Virus record (IMG/VR): IMGVR_UViG_3300030104_003796
Location: 2,936 to 66,935 of that record
Direction: 5' to 3' (one strand)
DNA: 64,000 nucleotides
From: a virus
The notes beneath the pieces are model-generated. The model saw only the letters and a program-made list of their open reading frames with translations, was not told the origin of the DNA and made no database searches. This document shows, piece by piece, positions 20,690 to 30,830 of the stretch. Position numbers and translations under genes: made by a program. Positions within the stretch are counted from its first letter, which is position 1. Every line of letters starts with the position of its first letter.

Positions 20690-21691
20690 TCATCTCAGTG
20701 TTCCGTCATCGCGCCAGCAAGACCCCATGCACAAACCGTTGGATTGTATTTTGGCGCAAGTGGGGGTGTTGTCGTAGCCAATGACTGATTTAATATGTTT
20801 TCGGCTCACACCCTCGTTGAAATCACGCCAACCTAATTTACTTATGAATGAAAGAATCTCCGTAGTCATCTGCTCTATCTGCTCGGTAGTTAGAGATTCG
20901 GGATTAGCAAACCAACGCAGGTTTTCTGCAAGGTGAGTAGCCAAAAATATGCGTGTAAAATGGCGTGGATTTTCTTCGTGTATAGCGCGTTCTAAACAGG
21001 GGGGTAGGGGTATGTCGCCCGAACCCCCAATGTCGCCCTCAAACGCCGTTAAAACGGGTAAAACAGGCAAAGGATTAGAAGCCGCCCACCTAACAAGACT
21101 GAATGTTCCGTTTGGTTCAGAACCTCTAAAGGGGTCATGCTTAGAAAGAGATGAAATCGGTTGTTTTGGAATAGCATATCCCATCGGGTCTTGTCTAAAT
21201 AATACAGGGTCTATATTTACCGCCCACCTACCCCGCTTTGGATTGTATGTGTCCGGTATGCGTGTAAGTTTAGATGGATTACCCACACCGTCTAAGGTCT
21301 TCAAACCCTTAGAGATTTCTCGTTGGTATCTATCGAGATGTTTTACCATTCCTGTTCCGTGAACAGGTCGGTCAAAGAATTGATAGACATGGAACCCTCG
21401 CCCTGTGGCTACAATTCTAATATCACCTTCAAGACGATTAACTAACACGCCCACATCTGAGCGCACATCGTCAAAGGTAGTGTCGTCTGTAATATCAAAA
21501 TCCCACCACGCTTTATCTATCACTACCGACTCGGTATCAGCCCGCCATGAGCGGCGAGGGTCAGCCTTCTCATAGAAATAGAGAGATGTATAGCAGGATG
21601 ATTTACCATTGACCGAAGAAATATAACGGTTAAAATCACTACGGTTGGTGCAAAGGCTACGCCTAAGACCTATCTCTCGCGGGAACAACAT
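20690..21691 (-). CDS. Archaeo-eukaryotic primase, PriS catalytic domain fused to a PriL-CTD-like Cys domain
   Basis: WWDFD, TGRGFHVY, LTRIPDTYN; C-terminal LPPC...RHFTRIFL...PTCAKIQSNGLCMGSC. Confidence 0.85.
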   Translation of the reverse strand: MLFPREIGLRRSLCTNRSDFNRYISSVNGKSSCYTSLYFYEKADPRRSWRADTESVVIDKAWWDFDITDDTTFDDVRSDVGVLVNRLEGDIRIVATGRGFHVYQFFDRPVHGTGMVKHLDRYQREISKGLKTLDGVGNPSKLTRIPDTYNPKRGRWAVNIDPVLFRQDPMGYAIPKQPISSLSKHDPFRGSEPNGTFSLVRWAASNPLPVLPVLTAFEGDIGGSGDIPLPPCLERAIHEENPRHFTRIFLATHLAENLRWFANPESLTTEQIEQMTTEILSFISKLGWRDFNEGVSRKHIKSVIGYDNTPTCAKIQSNGLCMGSCWRDDGTLR

Positions 21692-21699
21692 ATCACCAC

Positions 21700-21855
21700 C
21701 TATGCTTCTTGTTCGTGGCCGCATTCACAAGTGATAAGCAGTATTTGTTCGGGTATCGAACCTTCTTCTCCGGTAACGCGATACACAACGCGCTCATCAA
21801 CCCATACACCCGCATCTTCACAACCAGCACATACAGTTATTCTTTCATCATCCAT
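21700..21855 (-). CDS. Small zinc-ribbon protein
   Basis: CAGC...CECGH motifs; likely start at MDDER. Confidence 0.5.
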   Translation of the reverse strand: MDDERITVCAGCEDAGVWVDERVVYRVTGEEGSIPEQILLITCECGHEQEA

Positions 21856-22699
21856 TGTTTTCATCTCCAAATAATTTATCCCCAAATAGCATTTCTTCTT
21901 CGCACGATAGGTGGAAATCGCACCATGTCGTGCAGAAGTAATCATTCCATTTCATAGTATAGTCTTCACTAAGGAGTTTTTCAATTGTAGTAGCAAGTGA
22001 TTTCTCAAACGCATTAACTGTCCTTGAAGACACTTGTTCCATAATAGCAACGCCATATTCAGAACCCAACCACACAGTCTTACCACGCTTGTTAATCTCA
22101 TCAAGAAGTTTATCTGACGCATATATGTCCGGCACGATGTAGTCCGGTGTAATGTAAAGGAAATGAGTTATTTCCTCGTTCTTGTATTCGGGGTGCAGGG
22201 ATAGAACCCTTCGATAGAAGGCTAACTCCTTTCGTGTCCTACCGAGTTTGCCTGTGTTCATGTTGCCTGTCTTCAATTCAACGAGAATCAAACCACCATC
22301 GGGATGCCGAAGCACACCGTCAATAATAGCAACCCACATAATATTTTGCCCGTTATATTCTTCTGCGATTTCGTGCTTGACTTCACATTCAACCACTTCT
22401 AATCCGCCTAATTCGTTGGCGATAGCATGGAGTAATTCGGACATAGCCATAACGCCGTTGTCTTCATCGTAGCCTAATTCTGCGGCCTTGTTCCATAGTG
22501 CTTCGACACCATCAGTTAGTCCTTCTTCCATGACCGTGTGGATATGTGTTCCTCTAATCATTTCATCAGTCGGCGGTATGCTCGGCAATTCCGCACAGTA
22601 TCGCCAATAAAACTGACGCGGGCATTTTACATAGGTCATGTATGATGACTTAGCCACCCGTAGGTATGGCGCAGTATGCGGAATATAACTCGACTCCAT
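21848..22699 (-). CDS. PD-(D/E)XK exonuclease, Cas4/AddB-like with Fe-S-type Cys staple
   Basis: KCPRQFY, GTHIH, IIDG...VELKTG and C-terminal CTTWCDFHLSC. Confidence 0.85.
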   Translation of the reverse strand: MESSYIPHTAPYLRVAKSSYMTYVKCPRQFYWRYCAELPSIPPTDEMIRGTHIHTVMEEGLTDGVEALWNKAAELGYDEDNGVMAMSELLHAIANELGGLEVVECEVKHEIAEEYNGQNIMWVAIIDGVLRHPDGGLILVELKTGNMNTGKLGRTRKELAFYRRVLSLHPEYKNEEITHFLYITPDYIVPDIYASDKLLDEINKRGKTVWLGSEYGVAIMEQVSSRTVNAFEKSLATTIEKLLSEDYTMKWNDYFCTTWCDFHLSCEEEMLFGDKLFGDENNG

Positions 22700-22721
22700 A
22701 AATTTCTCTCCCTTCTTTGGT

Positions 22722-23663
22722 TTATAACCATTCCGTTATCCGCTTTTGGGGAACCAATGTATCTGATTCTGTTATTTCATAATCACCCCAATGTGCTATT
22801 CGATGACGGGCTATTTCTAAATAATCCTCATCTAATTCAATACCCACGAAGTTAAACCCTTCAAGACAAGCGGCTATGCCTGTCGTGCCGCTACCCATGA
22901 ACGGGTCAAGGACTATGCCTTCGGGCGGCGTGATTAGGCGACATAGATACCTCATCAAATCAATGGGCTTTACTGTCGGGTGATTGTTCCTTTGTTCTCT
23001 TGTTCTGTTTTCGGGGTTGCGGTTATTGTTTCTCAGCCCTTCATCTGTTTGCATACCGTAGGTCGAGTTTTTATTTAATTTAAGGGGTAAATTATCGCAC
23101 CCTGCATTTCTCTCATTTTGGTTAGCCTTGATACAGTAAAAATAACGAGATTGTTCCAACCCACCTGCCGCTTCTTCATCAAAGATTACATTAGCGGGCC
23201 AACGGCTTTCTTCTTCTATTCTGCAACCATCTATATTCATAGCCCCTGTTCCGTATTCATCCATGTTATCAAGCACTTTACCTATCAATGGTTTGCGAGC
23301 AAGACAAATAGGTTCATTGGCGGGTTTTAATTGCGTTCCCCAACCACCACCCACATTGAGCGACTTAGGGAATCCTTCGCCGTAAATCCATTGGATTTGG
23401 TCGCGTATCTCAAACCCTGCGTCTTCGATATTTACTACGACTCGGTGATAGGTTCGTGTGCCGGAGAAAGCCAACAAATGACCACCATGCTTTAACACAC
23501 GCAGACATTCTCGCCATATCTCAACAGACGGCACATCGTAATCCCATTTGGATTGCATGAAAAGTAATCCGTATGGTGGGTCGCAGACGATAGAATCAAT
23601 GGAGTTATCATCCATCTCCTTGAGGACACGAAGACAATTACCCAATCTCAAATCTATATCCAT
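22722..23663 (-). CDS. DNA N6-adenine/N4-cytosine methyltransferase (beta class)
   Basis: DPPY precedes HPTVKP and VLDPFMGSGTTG. Confidence 0.92.
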   Translation of the reverse strand: MDIDLRLGNCLRVLKEMDDNSIDSIVCDPPYGLLFMQSKWDYDVPSVEIWRECLRVLKHGGHLLAFSGTRTYHRVVVNIEDAGFEIRDQIQWIYGEGFPKSLNVGGGWGTQLKPANEPICLARKPLIGKVLDNMDEYGTGAMNIDGCRIEEESRWPANVIFDEEAAGGLEQSRYFYCIKANQNERNAGCDNLPLKLNKNSTYGMQTDEGLRNNNRNPENRTREQRNNHPTVKPIDLMRYLCRLITPPEGIVLDPFMGSGTTGIAACLEGFNFVGIELDEDYLEIARHRIAHWGDYEITESDTLVPQKRITEWL

Positions 23664-25924
23664 GATACCTCACCAACCCCATTCAATGCGTTTTCTAACG
23701 GTTGTTTATTCCAACCCAATACCTCATAATAAGGAGATACCTTATCGAAGATAAATTTCTGAGCAATATATCTTCTGCCTATTTCGGCTACACCCTGTAA
23801 ATCATCGGGGTCATCGAATGCTATGTATTTACCCGACTTATCTAAAGCAACGGAAAAGAAAGAACCCTTACGATAATTCTTGCCTATGGTTTCGTTAGCC
23901 CACTTAGCGGCGGCAGACGAGCCGGATAGCACCTTGTATTGGTGCAAGTCGCGCTCAAGTTTTCCTTTCATACACAGGTTCTCAATCGGTTCTTCGCCAT
24001 CCAATACATCTTCAATTAGAGTCTGTAAATTGCCGGACACATACCCTTCTTCTGCACCACCCAATACTTGAAGAACAGTCGTCATTGACTCCTTCATTAT
24101 TTCCGGCATCCTTGATTGTTTCAATTCAATACCCTTAACATAAAGTTTAGGTTCGTCAAGCCATTTACCGTTCTCCCACGATACATTACCTGCATAACGG
24201 TTCTTAGCCATGAGAACCATACGGTCGCAGTATCTTTCAAATTCGACCTCTATTGGGTGCATCATTTCGTTTATCTCGCGTATCTTCGGCGAGGGGTCTG
24301 AATCGTTTTCAAAGGGAACAAAACTTTGGCCCCGCACAAAAATACTGTCTGTGTGTCCGTAAATAGTTTCTAAGCCCTGTTTTTCTGCAACCTTTCTTAA
24401 TTTGTATAGCGTCTGTCTTGATGTAAATGTGATAGCCGCCGCCACTTCGGGGTGATACATTCCATACTTAGAATCACCACACACACCATACATAGAGGCC
24501 ACTAAAGATTTACAGGCAAATTGCATACAATCCCAACGGAAATAATTTTGCGGGTCATCCTTCATCAATTGCTTGAATTTATTGCGAAGATTAGTCATGT
24601 AATCCATCTGTCTAATTAAAAGCCCCTTATCTTTTCTTGAGAATTTCGTTCCGTTGCCGCAATCAACGCCGTTCTCATCGAGAGAATCCCACGATATATT
24701 GTGCATCGAAGCATTACTGTGATACATGGCCTTCACATCGAGAATACCAACGCCTTCATACAGACCAGCATTTACTTCCATTACATCTGCACCCTCATAA
24801 TCCACCTTCTCAAATTGCGGGCTTGTTGGTATTCTCCTGTCGAACAGGGGGTCGGCCAGCACTAATGAAGAAAACATCTTCGTGATAAATGGTGTTGAGC
24901 GCATATCGCATTGGACTAAGTGTTGTAATGCCGTGTAATAATCAAGGGCATTTACTTTACGGTCAAGGCGGGGCAAAAGCCTCACATCTTGTCGGCAGTA
25001 ATGCACATAGAGGGGGAAATCGGTATGGTATGTGTCGTGTCCATCGGGCAATTCGACCTTCGCTTCACCTAAGACTTCTTGCGCCACATCACCTAACCCA
25101 TACGAAGGCAATTTACCGTTCTTCAATTCCCACAATTTAGAGAATCCAACCATCAAGTCAATACAATTCACGCCGACAATCGGTTGCGCCCAATCCTTGT
25201 ATGAATAGCGTAGCCGATTCATAGGGGATAGCGAGCGAGCATCAATACCGTTAGCATCTAAACGAGTAATAAATTGCTTAATGTCTGCACCGACAACGAA
25301 CCATCCTGTGATTATGTCGGGGTCTTGCTTTTTCATGTGTTGCACGAAGTCTTTTAGCATACCCGATTCGGAATAGAATAATTTAGCGGGTATTTTATAT
25401 TCATAATCCCCTAATTCATTAGTAAGACCCATACGCCATTCAGTCTGTTGAGTTGGCGGAACAACCGCCCACACATATTCATTTCCGGTGAATGAATCAT
25501 AAACAACAATAACCCTTAATCTTCCTGTGGCCGGACACCACTCGGCATCGAGATACCATTTGCGGTGTTCGTAATTCTTGATAGGAGATTCGCCGTTGTT
25601 TATTCTGTCTGCAAGGACCCGATTAACAAAAGGTATGTTTGCTTCCCATGTATGGTCGAACATATTTCTAATAACCCGTATATCTTTCGGATGATACACA
25701 GATACTTTGCTTAGTGCTTCGCCGTAAAGACCCATAAAACCATCTTCTATGGTTATTACATCAATAGGTTGGTTCGGCACTTTAAAGATAGCCGCATCTT
25801 CCTCTCGCAAAAAGCAATAAGGATAGGCACTTAATTTAGTGGTTATTCTTTTCCCGTCTTCATCCCTGTGCCGCACGACAACATTTCTTCCGTTTATGTT
25901 TTCTATAATCATTGTTTTCCCCAC
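23654..25924 (-). CDS. polB: Family B DNA polymerase with 3'-5' exonuclease
   Basis: Exo motifs YLDAE, DIITGW..D and YCRQD; polymerase motifs DVKAMY, KSLVASMYG, YGHTDS, KNRY, KG. Confidence 0.93.
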   Translation of the reverse strand: MGKTMIIENINGRNVVVRHRDEDGKRITTKLSAYPYCFLREEDAAIFKVPNQPIDVITIEDGFMGLYGEALSKVSVYHPKDIRVIRNMFDHTWEANIPFVNRVLADRINNGESPIKNYEHRKWYLDAEWCPATGRLRVIVVYDSFTGNEYVWAVVPPTQQTEWRMGLTNELGDYEYKIPAKLFYSESGMLKDFVQHMKKQDPDIITGWFVVGADIKQFITRLDANGIDARSLSPMNRLRYSYKDWAQPIVGVNCIDLMVGFSKLWELKNGKLPSYGLGDVAQEVLGEAKVELPDGHDTYHTDFPLYVHYCRQDVRLLPRLDRKVNALDYYTALQHLVQCDMRSTPFITKMFSSLVLADPLFDRRIPTSPQFEKVDYEGADVMEVNAGLYEGVGILDVKAMYHSNASMHNISWDSLDENGVDCGNGTKFSRKDKGLLIRQMDYMTNLRNKFKQLMKDDPQNYFRWDCMQFACKSLVASMYGVCGDSKYGMYHPEVAAAITFTSRQTLYKLRKVAEKQGLETIYGHTDSIFVRGQSFVPFENDSDPSPKIREINEMMHPIEVEFERYCDRMVLMAKNRYAGNVSWENGKWLDEPKLYVKGIELKQSRMPEIMKESMTTVLQVLGGAEEGYVSGNLQTLIEDVLDGEEPIENLCMKGKLERDLHQYKVLSGSSAAAKWANETIGKNYRKGSFFSVALDKSGKYIAFDDPDDLQGVAEIGRRYIAQKFIFDKVSPYYEVLGWNKQPLENALNGVGEVSWI

Positions 25925-26244
25925 CGACCGCGAGGGCGGGTGGGTATGCCGTGTTTCTTAAGCCACTTGTATATCGTCATAGGAGATAAGCCAAACATAT
26001 TTCCTATGGCTGAACAAGGCAAACCTTCGACTACATACTTCTCATGTAGCCAATCCTTGTCCTTATACATCGGGTCTTGTTCTCGCTTAACGACAACCAA
26101 CTTCGCCCTGTATTCGTATTCTGTATCGGGGTCAATCCATGTGATTTCATCCGAACCAATGTCTTTAATTTCAACATGAAGTCGGAGTATTGTCTTATCA
26201 GACAAATTAACATTCTCCGCTAACTTAGTAATTTTAACGGACAT
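25909..26244 (-). CDS. Helix-turn-helix protein
   Basis: WLHEKYVVEGLPCSAIGNMFGLSPMTIYKWLKKHGIPTR. Confidence 0.75.
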   Translation of the reverse strand: MSVKITKLAENVNLSDKTILRLHVEIKDIGSDEITWIDPDTEYEYRAKLVVVKREQDPMYKDKDWLHEKYVVEGLPCSAIGNMFGLSPMTIYKWLKKHGIPTRPRGRWGKQ

Positions 26245-27103
26245 ATTTTATTTCCCCCAAATTAGCGGCTTGATAGATTAACTCATGTGTGGGTGTAGTA
26301 ATCACCACAGGGTAGCCCATATCCGCTTCTGTGAAGTCAAATACCGATACCCCAATCTCACCGTCTATGTGCTTCAAGACATTCTCAAGACCACCATTAA
26401 CAGTAGTCTGTGTATTATAGAATCCCGAATACTCATAGACTAAAGATTCTGTCTGTCCTTTCAATTCGTTGCCGACCTGCACATAAAATCCATCATCTTC
26501 CTTAAATTTTAATGTGTAATTATTTAACTTCTGTCCGTTGATACCATCACATCTCAATGCTTCATAGAGAATATTGGCGGAGATTTTAACATGATAAATA
26601 GGCGTTAAAATTTCACCGTCATTCTTAGTGTAAGTGGGGCAAGGATATTCTAAATCACTATTTGTGTGAATAAATTTACCCGCTATCCTTTTGGACTTCT
26701 CGTTCCATTCCTTCATCAAGTCCGGTGAATGCGGGAATGCTAAAGCATTTTCAGACATCGCTAAAGTAGTCTGTTTGCCGCCCGACTTGATACGAAGTTT
26801 CCCGTCTGTGTATGTTAGATTAACAGGCGTGTTGTGCATAGACAATACGCCCAACAAATCGTTGATGTTAGGCACAGGGATTTGCCCCTCTCCGTGTATT
26901 TCTTCTGCGTATTCCCTAAAGGTGGAAACAGAAGTAACACCATCCTTGACTAATGAGCAGGTGTATATTGTGTCTTCCGGCACAGATGATATTTCAATCA
27001 TACAACCATAGACTTGTTCCATACTCTTACCCGCAACGGTTTGTGGGCGTTGAGTCTTCTTGAGAAGACGGATTAAATTATTACGGTCTATTTTAATCTG
27101 CAT
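26234..27103 (-). CDS. Putative PCNA-like sliding clamp
   Basis: Size and alternating alpha/beta pattern; located next to PolB and RFC. Divergent, so the call rests largely on context. Confidence 0.55.
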   Translation of the reverse strand: MQIKIDRNNLIRLLKKTQRPQTVAGKSMEQVYGCMIEISSVPEDTIYTCSLVKDGVTSVSTFREYAEEIHGEGQIPVPNINDLLGVLSMHNTPVNLTYTDGKLRIKSGGKQTTLAMSENALAFPHSPDLMKEWNEKSKRIAGKFIHTNSDLEYPCPTYTKNDGEILTPIYHVKISANILYEALRCDGINGQKLNNYTLKFKEDDGFYVQVGNELKGQTESLVYEYSGFYNTQTTVNGGLENVLKHIDGEIGVSVFDFTEADMGYPVVITTPTHELIYQAANLGEIKYVR

Positions 27104-27281
27104 CTTCTATCATCTCCGTTAGTCTTTGGCTTATGCCCGATGTGGTAAATATAGTGCCGGACTTCATGTGAATATCGTATCTCACAGAAGAACCAACGCT
27201 TCGGGTAGTGATAGCCGCTACTTCGGCATAAGCAATCATGCTCAAACCACTATCAGTAGCACAAACGAAATAATCAGCCAT
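27093..27281 (-). CDS. Small hypothetical protein
   Basis: MADYFVC... start after GGTGA, translationally coupled to its neighbours. Confidence 0.5.
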   Translation of the reverse strand: MADYFVCATDSGLSMIAYAEVAAITTRSVGSSVRYDIHMKSGTIFTTSGISQRLTEMIEDAD

Positions 27282-27285
27282 GTAA

Positions 27286-28233
27286 TCACCACGCAAACGG
27301 ATAGCCCTTCCATTCAACCTTACCGTCATTAACAGATAAGATAGTGTGTGTTGAGCCTACATACTCCATGTTCTGACCCTTCATTTCCTCGACTGTTCCC
27401 TTGACGACCCATTGGCCTTCTGCAAGTTTCTTATCACCCTTGACTCCGGCGGCAGGGTCGGCTTTCTTCATGTATCGAGTCAAGAAAATTTGCTGACTAA
27501 AATATCTCATTGTTCCTTTATCCCATTCCGGTCTTTCACCAACGGTCATTAGAACCTTCTTGCCTGTGCCGTCATCCATATATTCTTGAATTTTCTTTAG
27601 ATGGAATGTAAAGAATGCCTTAGCGACAGGCAGACTGTGGATTCGGCTAATCGTATCTCGGAACAGTTTGTTTCGGACTCGCCATTCGGCTTGATTGAAT
27701 TTCTCTCCGTCTTCCACATTTACAGGATTCTTAGAGCGGTTCATCAGCCAATCAGTCATAGCGTGTTCGCACCACTTTAGATATGTTGAGCCGCCATCAA
27801 GGATTACTGCATCGTAATCATCGGGGTTGGCTTTCATATCGTCAGCGAGAATGTTGATGTAAAAATTCAATTTGTCGAGAAGCGCAGTATAATTTACTGT
27901 GTTATCCTCATTGAAGATTGAATCATCGGTTTCATCGTGCAAAGGAATACAGATTATATTTTCATTGTCGGGATATACATGGTCTATTGTCGCCTTAGCG
28001 GAATTGTCTATATCAAAAATAACAACCTTCTTATTTGTATCACAGAAGGATAATGCTGAACCCGTCTTAACGGTGTTCTCCGCACCAACGAGAGCCATCC
28101 TCACAGGCACAGATTGAGAGCGCACATTAGCGAACCTTTGGCGGTAGTAGTCCTCGCCATAGATAGGCTTCGCAGAACCCGTATCAGACTTAGCAGGAGC
28201 GGCGGTTGAGGCCGCTTGACCCCAACCGCTCAC
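27286..28233 (-). CDS. RecA-superfamily/AAA_24 (Sak4-like) ATPase
   Basis: Walker A-like GAENTVKT, IFDIDN, Walker B-like VILDG; adjacent to an SSB-like gene. Confidence 0.65.
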   Translation of the reverse strand: MSGWGQAASTAAPAKSDTGSAKPIYGEDYYRQRFANVRSQSVPVRMALVGAENTVKTGSALSFCDTNKKVVIFDIDNSAKATIDHVYPDNENIICIPLHDETDDSIFNEDNTVNYTALLDKLNFYINILADDMKANPDDYDAVILDGGSTYLKWCEHAMTDWLMNRSKNPVNVEDGEKFNQAEWRVRNKLFRDTISRIHSLPVAKAFFTFHLKKIQEYMDDGTGKKVLMTVGERPEWDKGTMRYFSQQIFLTRYMKKADPAAGVKGDKKLAEGQWVVKGTVEEMKGQNMEYVGSTHTILSVNDGKVEWKGYPFAW

Positions 28234-29411
28234 GCATCCCACCCCTCGCCTTCAACATCGGGTGATGCAACGATAGGTGCTATCTTGTCGAAAGCCCACC
28301 AACCATTGACGCTCATGCGGTCATCACCCTCGCGGGTTCGCCATACCTGTCCGGTCAATAGAACCTTAGTGCCGACCGCGAAATCAACCAAATGAGATTG
28401 TGAGGCCGGAACATACACATCGAGCGGTTCAGCCATAGACATAATATCGGGGTCTGAACAGACCATGATAAATCCGCCGTTATCTCGCGGGTCAATGTGG
28501 ATTATTTCTGCGACTACGCCACAGATTCTATCCCACCAACCATCTTTGCCGTAGTAATTATCGTAGTATTCTCCGAGATTAGTTAAAGCAGGTAGGAAAT
28601 CATCAGGCAAAAATTCCTGCATCAATTCTAATGGTGGGGAAGAAAACATAGAGGTTAAGTTTTCATCTTCTGTAAATTCCGACACCCTCGTTAGATAACC
28701 TGTCGCGCCATCTCTTGATGGGCGCACACCGATTGTTCCTGTGGTAAAGGTCGGGAATTGCATATCGGCTGAATTACTGCTACCCTTGATTAGGATAGGC
28801 GACCATTCGCCATTAGAGCCTTGAGGGCGACCAAAGAATAGTGAAGTGCGCTCTCGCTCATCGTGTGGTCGAGCCGCCCCATACTTGAAATTCTTATCGC
28901 CGGATGGGAACGTAGGGTTATTTGAATCCCACACAATGTAATAGTGTGTGCTTTCATCTAACTTCTGTGTAGTTCTCGGCAGGTCTGATACTTCGGATTC
29001 GGATGCACCGAAGAAATCCTCACGCGCATATCGAGTAAAAGAACCATCGTGGTTATCCTCAAAGATAACAATAGAACCATTCTCAATCAAAGTATTCTTT
29101 ACTTCATCAGTCGCATTAGCCAATTGGCCCTGCATCTTGTTGTATAGAATCTTACCCCATTCCTTAGCCTTTGGAACATGAACGAACATTCCTTCGTATA
29201 AGGTCGCACCGCTTCTTCGCAGTTTGGCTTGTTCATTGGCTATTTGGCGGGCGGCAACACGGAGAGCAAGCACCGATGCTTCCTCTCCCGTTTTACCTGC
29301 ATTAAGCCAAGCCGCGCTTTGTGCTTCAAACACTTCTTCGGCCTTCTCTCTAAGTGTGTCGGGCGACACACCAACAGTCTTCGCTACTTTCTCTAACATA
29401 TCTTCGGTCAT
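28230..29411 (-). CDS. Putative RPA-like OB-fold ssDNA-binding protein
   Basis: Helical N-terminus, C-terminal OB-like strands (DFAVGTKVLLTG...SVNGWW), acidic tail EGEGWDA; replication context. Confidence 0.6.
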   Translation of the reverse strand: MTEDMLEKVAKTVGVSPDTLREKAEEVFEAQSAAWLNAGKTGEEASVLALRVAARQIANEQAKLRRSGATLYEGMFVHVPKAKEWGKILYNKMQGQLANATDEVKNTLIENGSIVIFEDNHDGSFTRYAREDFFGASESEVSDLPRTTQKLDESTHYYIVWDSNNPTFPSGDKNFKYGAARPHDERERTSLFFGRPQGSNGEWSPILIKGSSNSADMQFPTFTTGTIGVRPSRDGATGYLTRVSEFTEDENLTSMFSSPPLELMQEFLPDDFLPALTNLGEYYDNYYGKDGWWDRICGVVAEIIHIDPRDNGGFIMVCSDPDIMSMAEPLDVYVPASQSHLVDFAVGTKVLLTGQVWRTREGDDRMSVNGWWAFDKIAPIVASPDVEGEGWDA

Positions 29412-30391
29412 ATCATTACACCCTGTTTGGTTATCCTTTCCGCATTTTCTCCGGTATATAACTGTGTTGTGTTGCAACACATTACTACAAAGTTATGCTT
29501 AACAATGTCTTCATCAACACCGATAAGCAAATCTCGTTCCGACTGAACCGCCGCCTCAATGACTCTCATTTTGGCCGCAGGTTTAGCGTTGCTATCCACC
29601 GCATAAGAAAATATGGAATTTATTGTTTTTCGTATTGGCCTGTCGCCAATATAGGTCATAGCCTTCTCGTAGTCGCCTTCGGCTACACAGGACTTGAGAA
29701 AAGAATTAGCGTCTATTTCTTGTGGCGCGAGCGACAATAGGAATCGCTCACCATCCTTTTCATCAAGACCAGCAAACGCTTGTAGTGCGTTTATCGAATT
29801 GCGTAAGTCGCCCTTGTGTGCTTTGGCGATTGTATTCAAAGGTCGGTAGTCTTTCAACGCTACCCCTTCATTCGCCGCAATATGGGCTAATCTATTGACT
29901 ACTTCATCTTCGGGTATCGGCTCAAACCTAAGTGTCCTACATCGTGATTGTAGCCAGCGAGATACCTTAGACAAATCATTACAGGTCAGAATAAAATAAC
30001 CTTGAGCGTTTTCTATAACACCCTTTAGTGCCGACTGTGCGGCAGGAGTTAATTGGTCTGCTTCGTCAAGCAAATAGATTTGGCGATAATTACCATTCCT
30101 ACTCATAGGGAGTAATTCATTCTCCACGAAGTCAATACCCCGCTCATGCTTTGTTGAGGCATTGTATGAGAATAATTGCATACCCAATTTCTCGGCTATG
30201 ATTCTCGCCAATGTGGTTTTACCGACTCCCGCTTCGGGAGAATAGAACAAGTAGTGTTGCATTGTATATTTCGGTTTAGTCGAATTATAGTCGTCATCTA
30301 AAAGTGAATCAAATTCACTCAATAACTGATGTTGCCCCACCATATCTTGTAATCTTTGCGGCCTATATTTTTGCGACCATACTTCGGTCAT
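29408..30391 (-). CDS. rfcS: Replication factor C small subunit (clamp loader)
   Basis: WSQKYRP, GVGKTT, NAS..RGID, LLDEAD.LT..AQ.AL, LQSRC, GDLR. Confidence 0.93.
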   Translation of the reverse strand: MTEVWSQKYRPQRLQDMVGQHQLLSEFDSLLDDDYNSTKPKYTMQHYLFYSPEAGVGKTTLARIIAEKLGMQLFSYNASTKHERGIDFVENELLPMSRNGNYRQIYLLDEADQLTPAAQSALKGVIENAQGYFILTCNDLSKVSRWLQSRCRTLRFEPIPEDEVVNRLAHIAANEGVALKDYRPLNTIAKAHKGDLRNSINALQAFAGLDEKDGERFLLSLAPQEIDANSFLKSCVAEGDYEKAMTYIGDRPIRKTINSIFSYAVDSNAKPAAKMRVIEAAVQSERDLLIGVDEDIVKHNFVVMCCNTTQLYTGENAERITKQGVMI

Positions 30392-30403
30392 TCCAAACCC
30401 CCC

Positions 30404-30757
30404 TCATAATTCTCCCCCGATTTTCTTTTCCATTAAGATAACTTCTAATGCAGAATAAATATTCGTTATTTCTTTACTCAGAACACTATCTGAATGGAAT
30501 CTGTGTAGCATCATAGCCAAAGATAGCATCATGCCTTGAATGTAATCGCCCGATAAATCGTCAATGACCGCAGTAATGTCTGCTTCAAATTCGGGGTCAT
30601 CCGAGTCAGGGTCAATCTTATGTTTGATTGCCTCCATAACAACCGTCAAGTAAAGGCGGTTATCATCGGTCAAAATCTGTCCGGCTTTACCCGTCAGTTT
30701 AGCCCCATAGGTTGCACTGTTTAACATACCCATGAAATACCCCCATTCATCGCGCAC
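30404..30757 (-). CDS. Hypothetical protein
   Basis: ORF with a TATA-like sequence about 25 nt upstream. Confidence 0.55.
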   Translation of the reverse strand: MRDEWGYFMGMLNSATYGAKLTGKAGQILTDDNRLYLTVVMEAIKHKIDPDSDDPEFEADITAVIDDLSGDYIQGMMLSLAMMLHRFHSDSVLSKEITNIYSALEVILMEKKIGGEL

Positions 30758-30830
30758 GACATTACATTACCCGCACCGATAATTAAGGATTCGGGCGTAA
30801 TGCTGAAAGGAAAATAATCTCTATAAATAA

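Noticed and set aside
21848-22699. Cas4 as evidence of a CRISPR system
   Set aside because: A solo Cas4-like PD-(D/E)XK nuclease inside a replication cluster is common in archaeal viruses; no cas1/cas2 or array is present.
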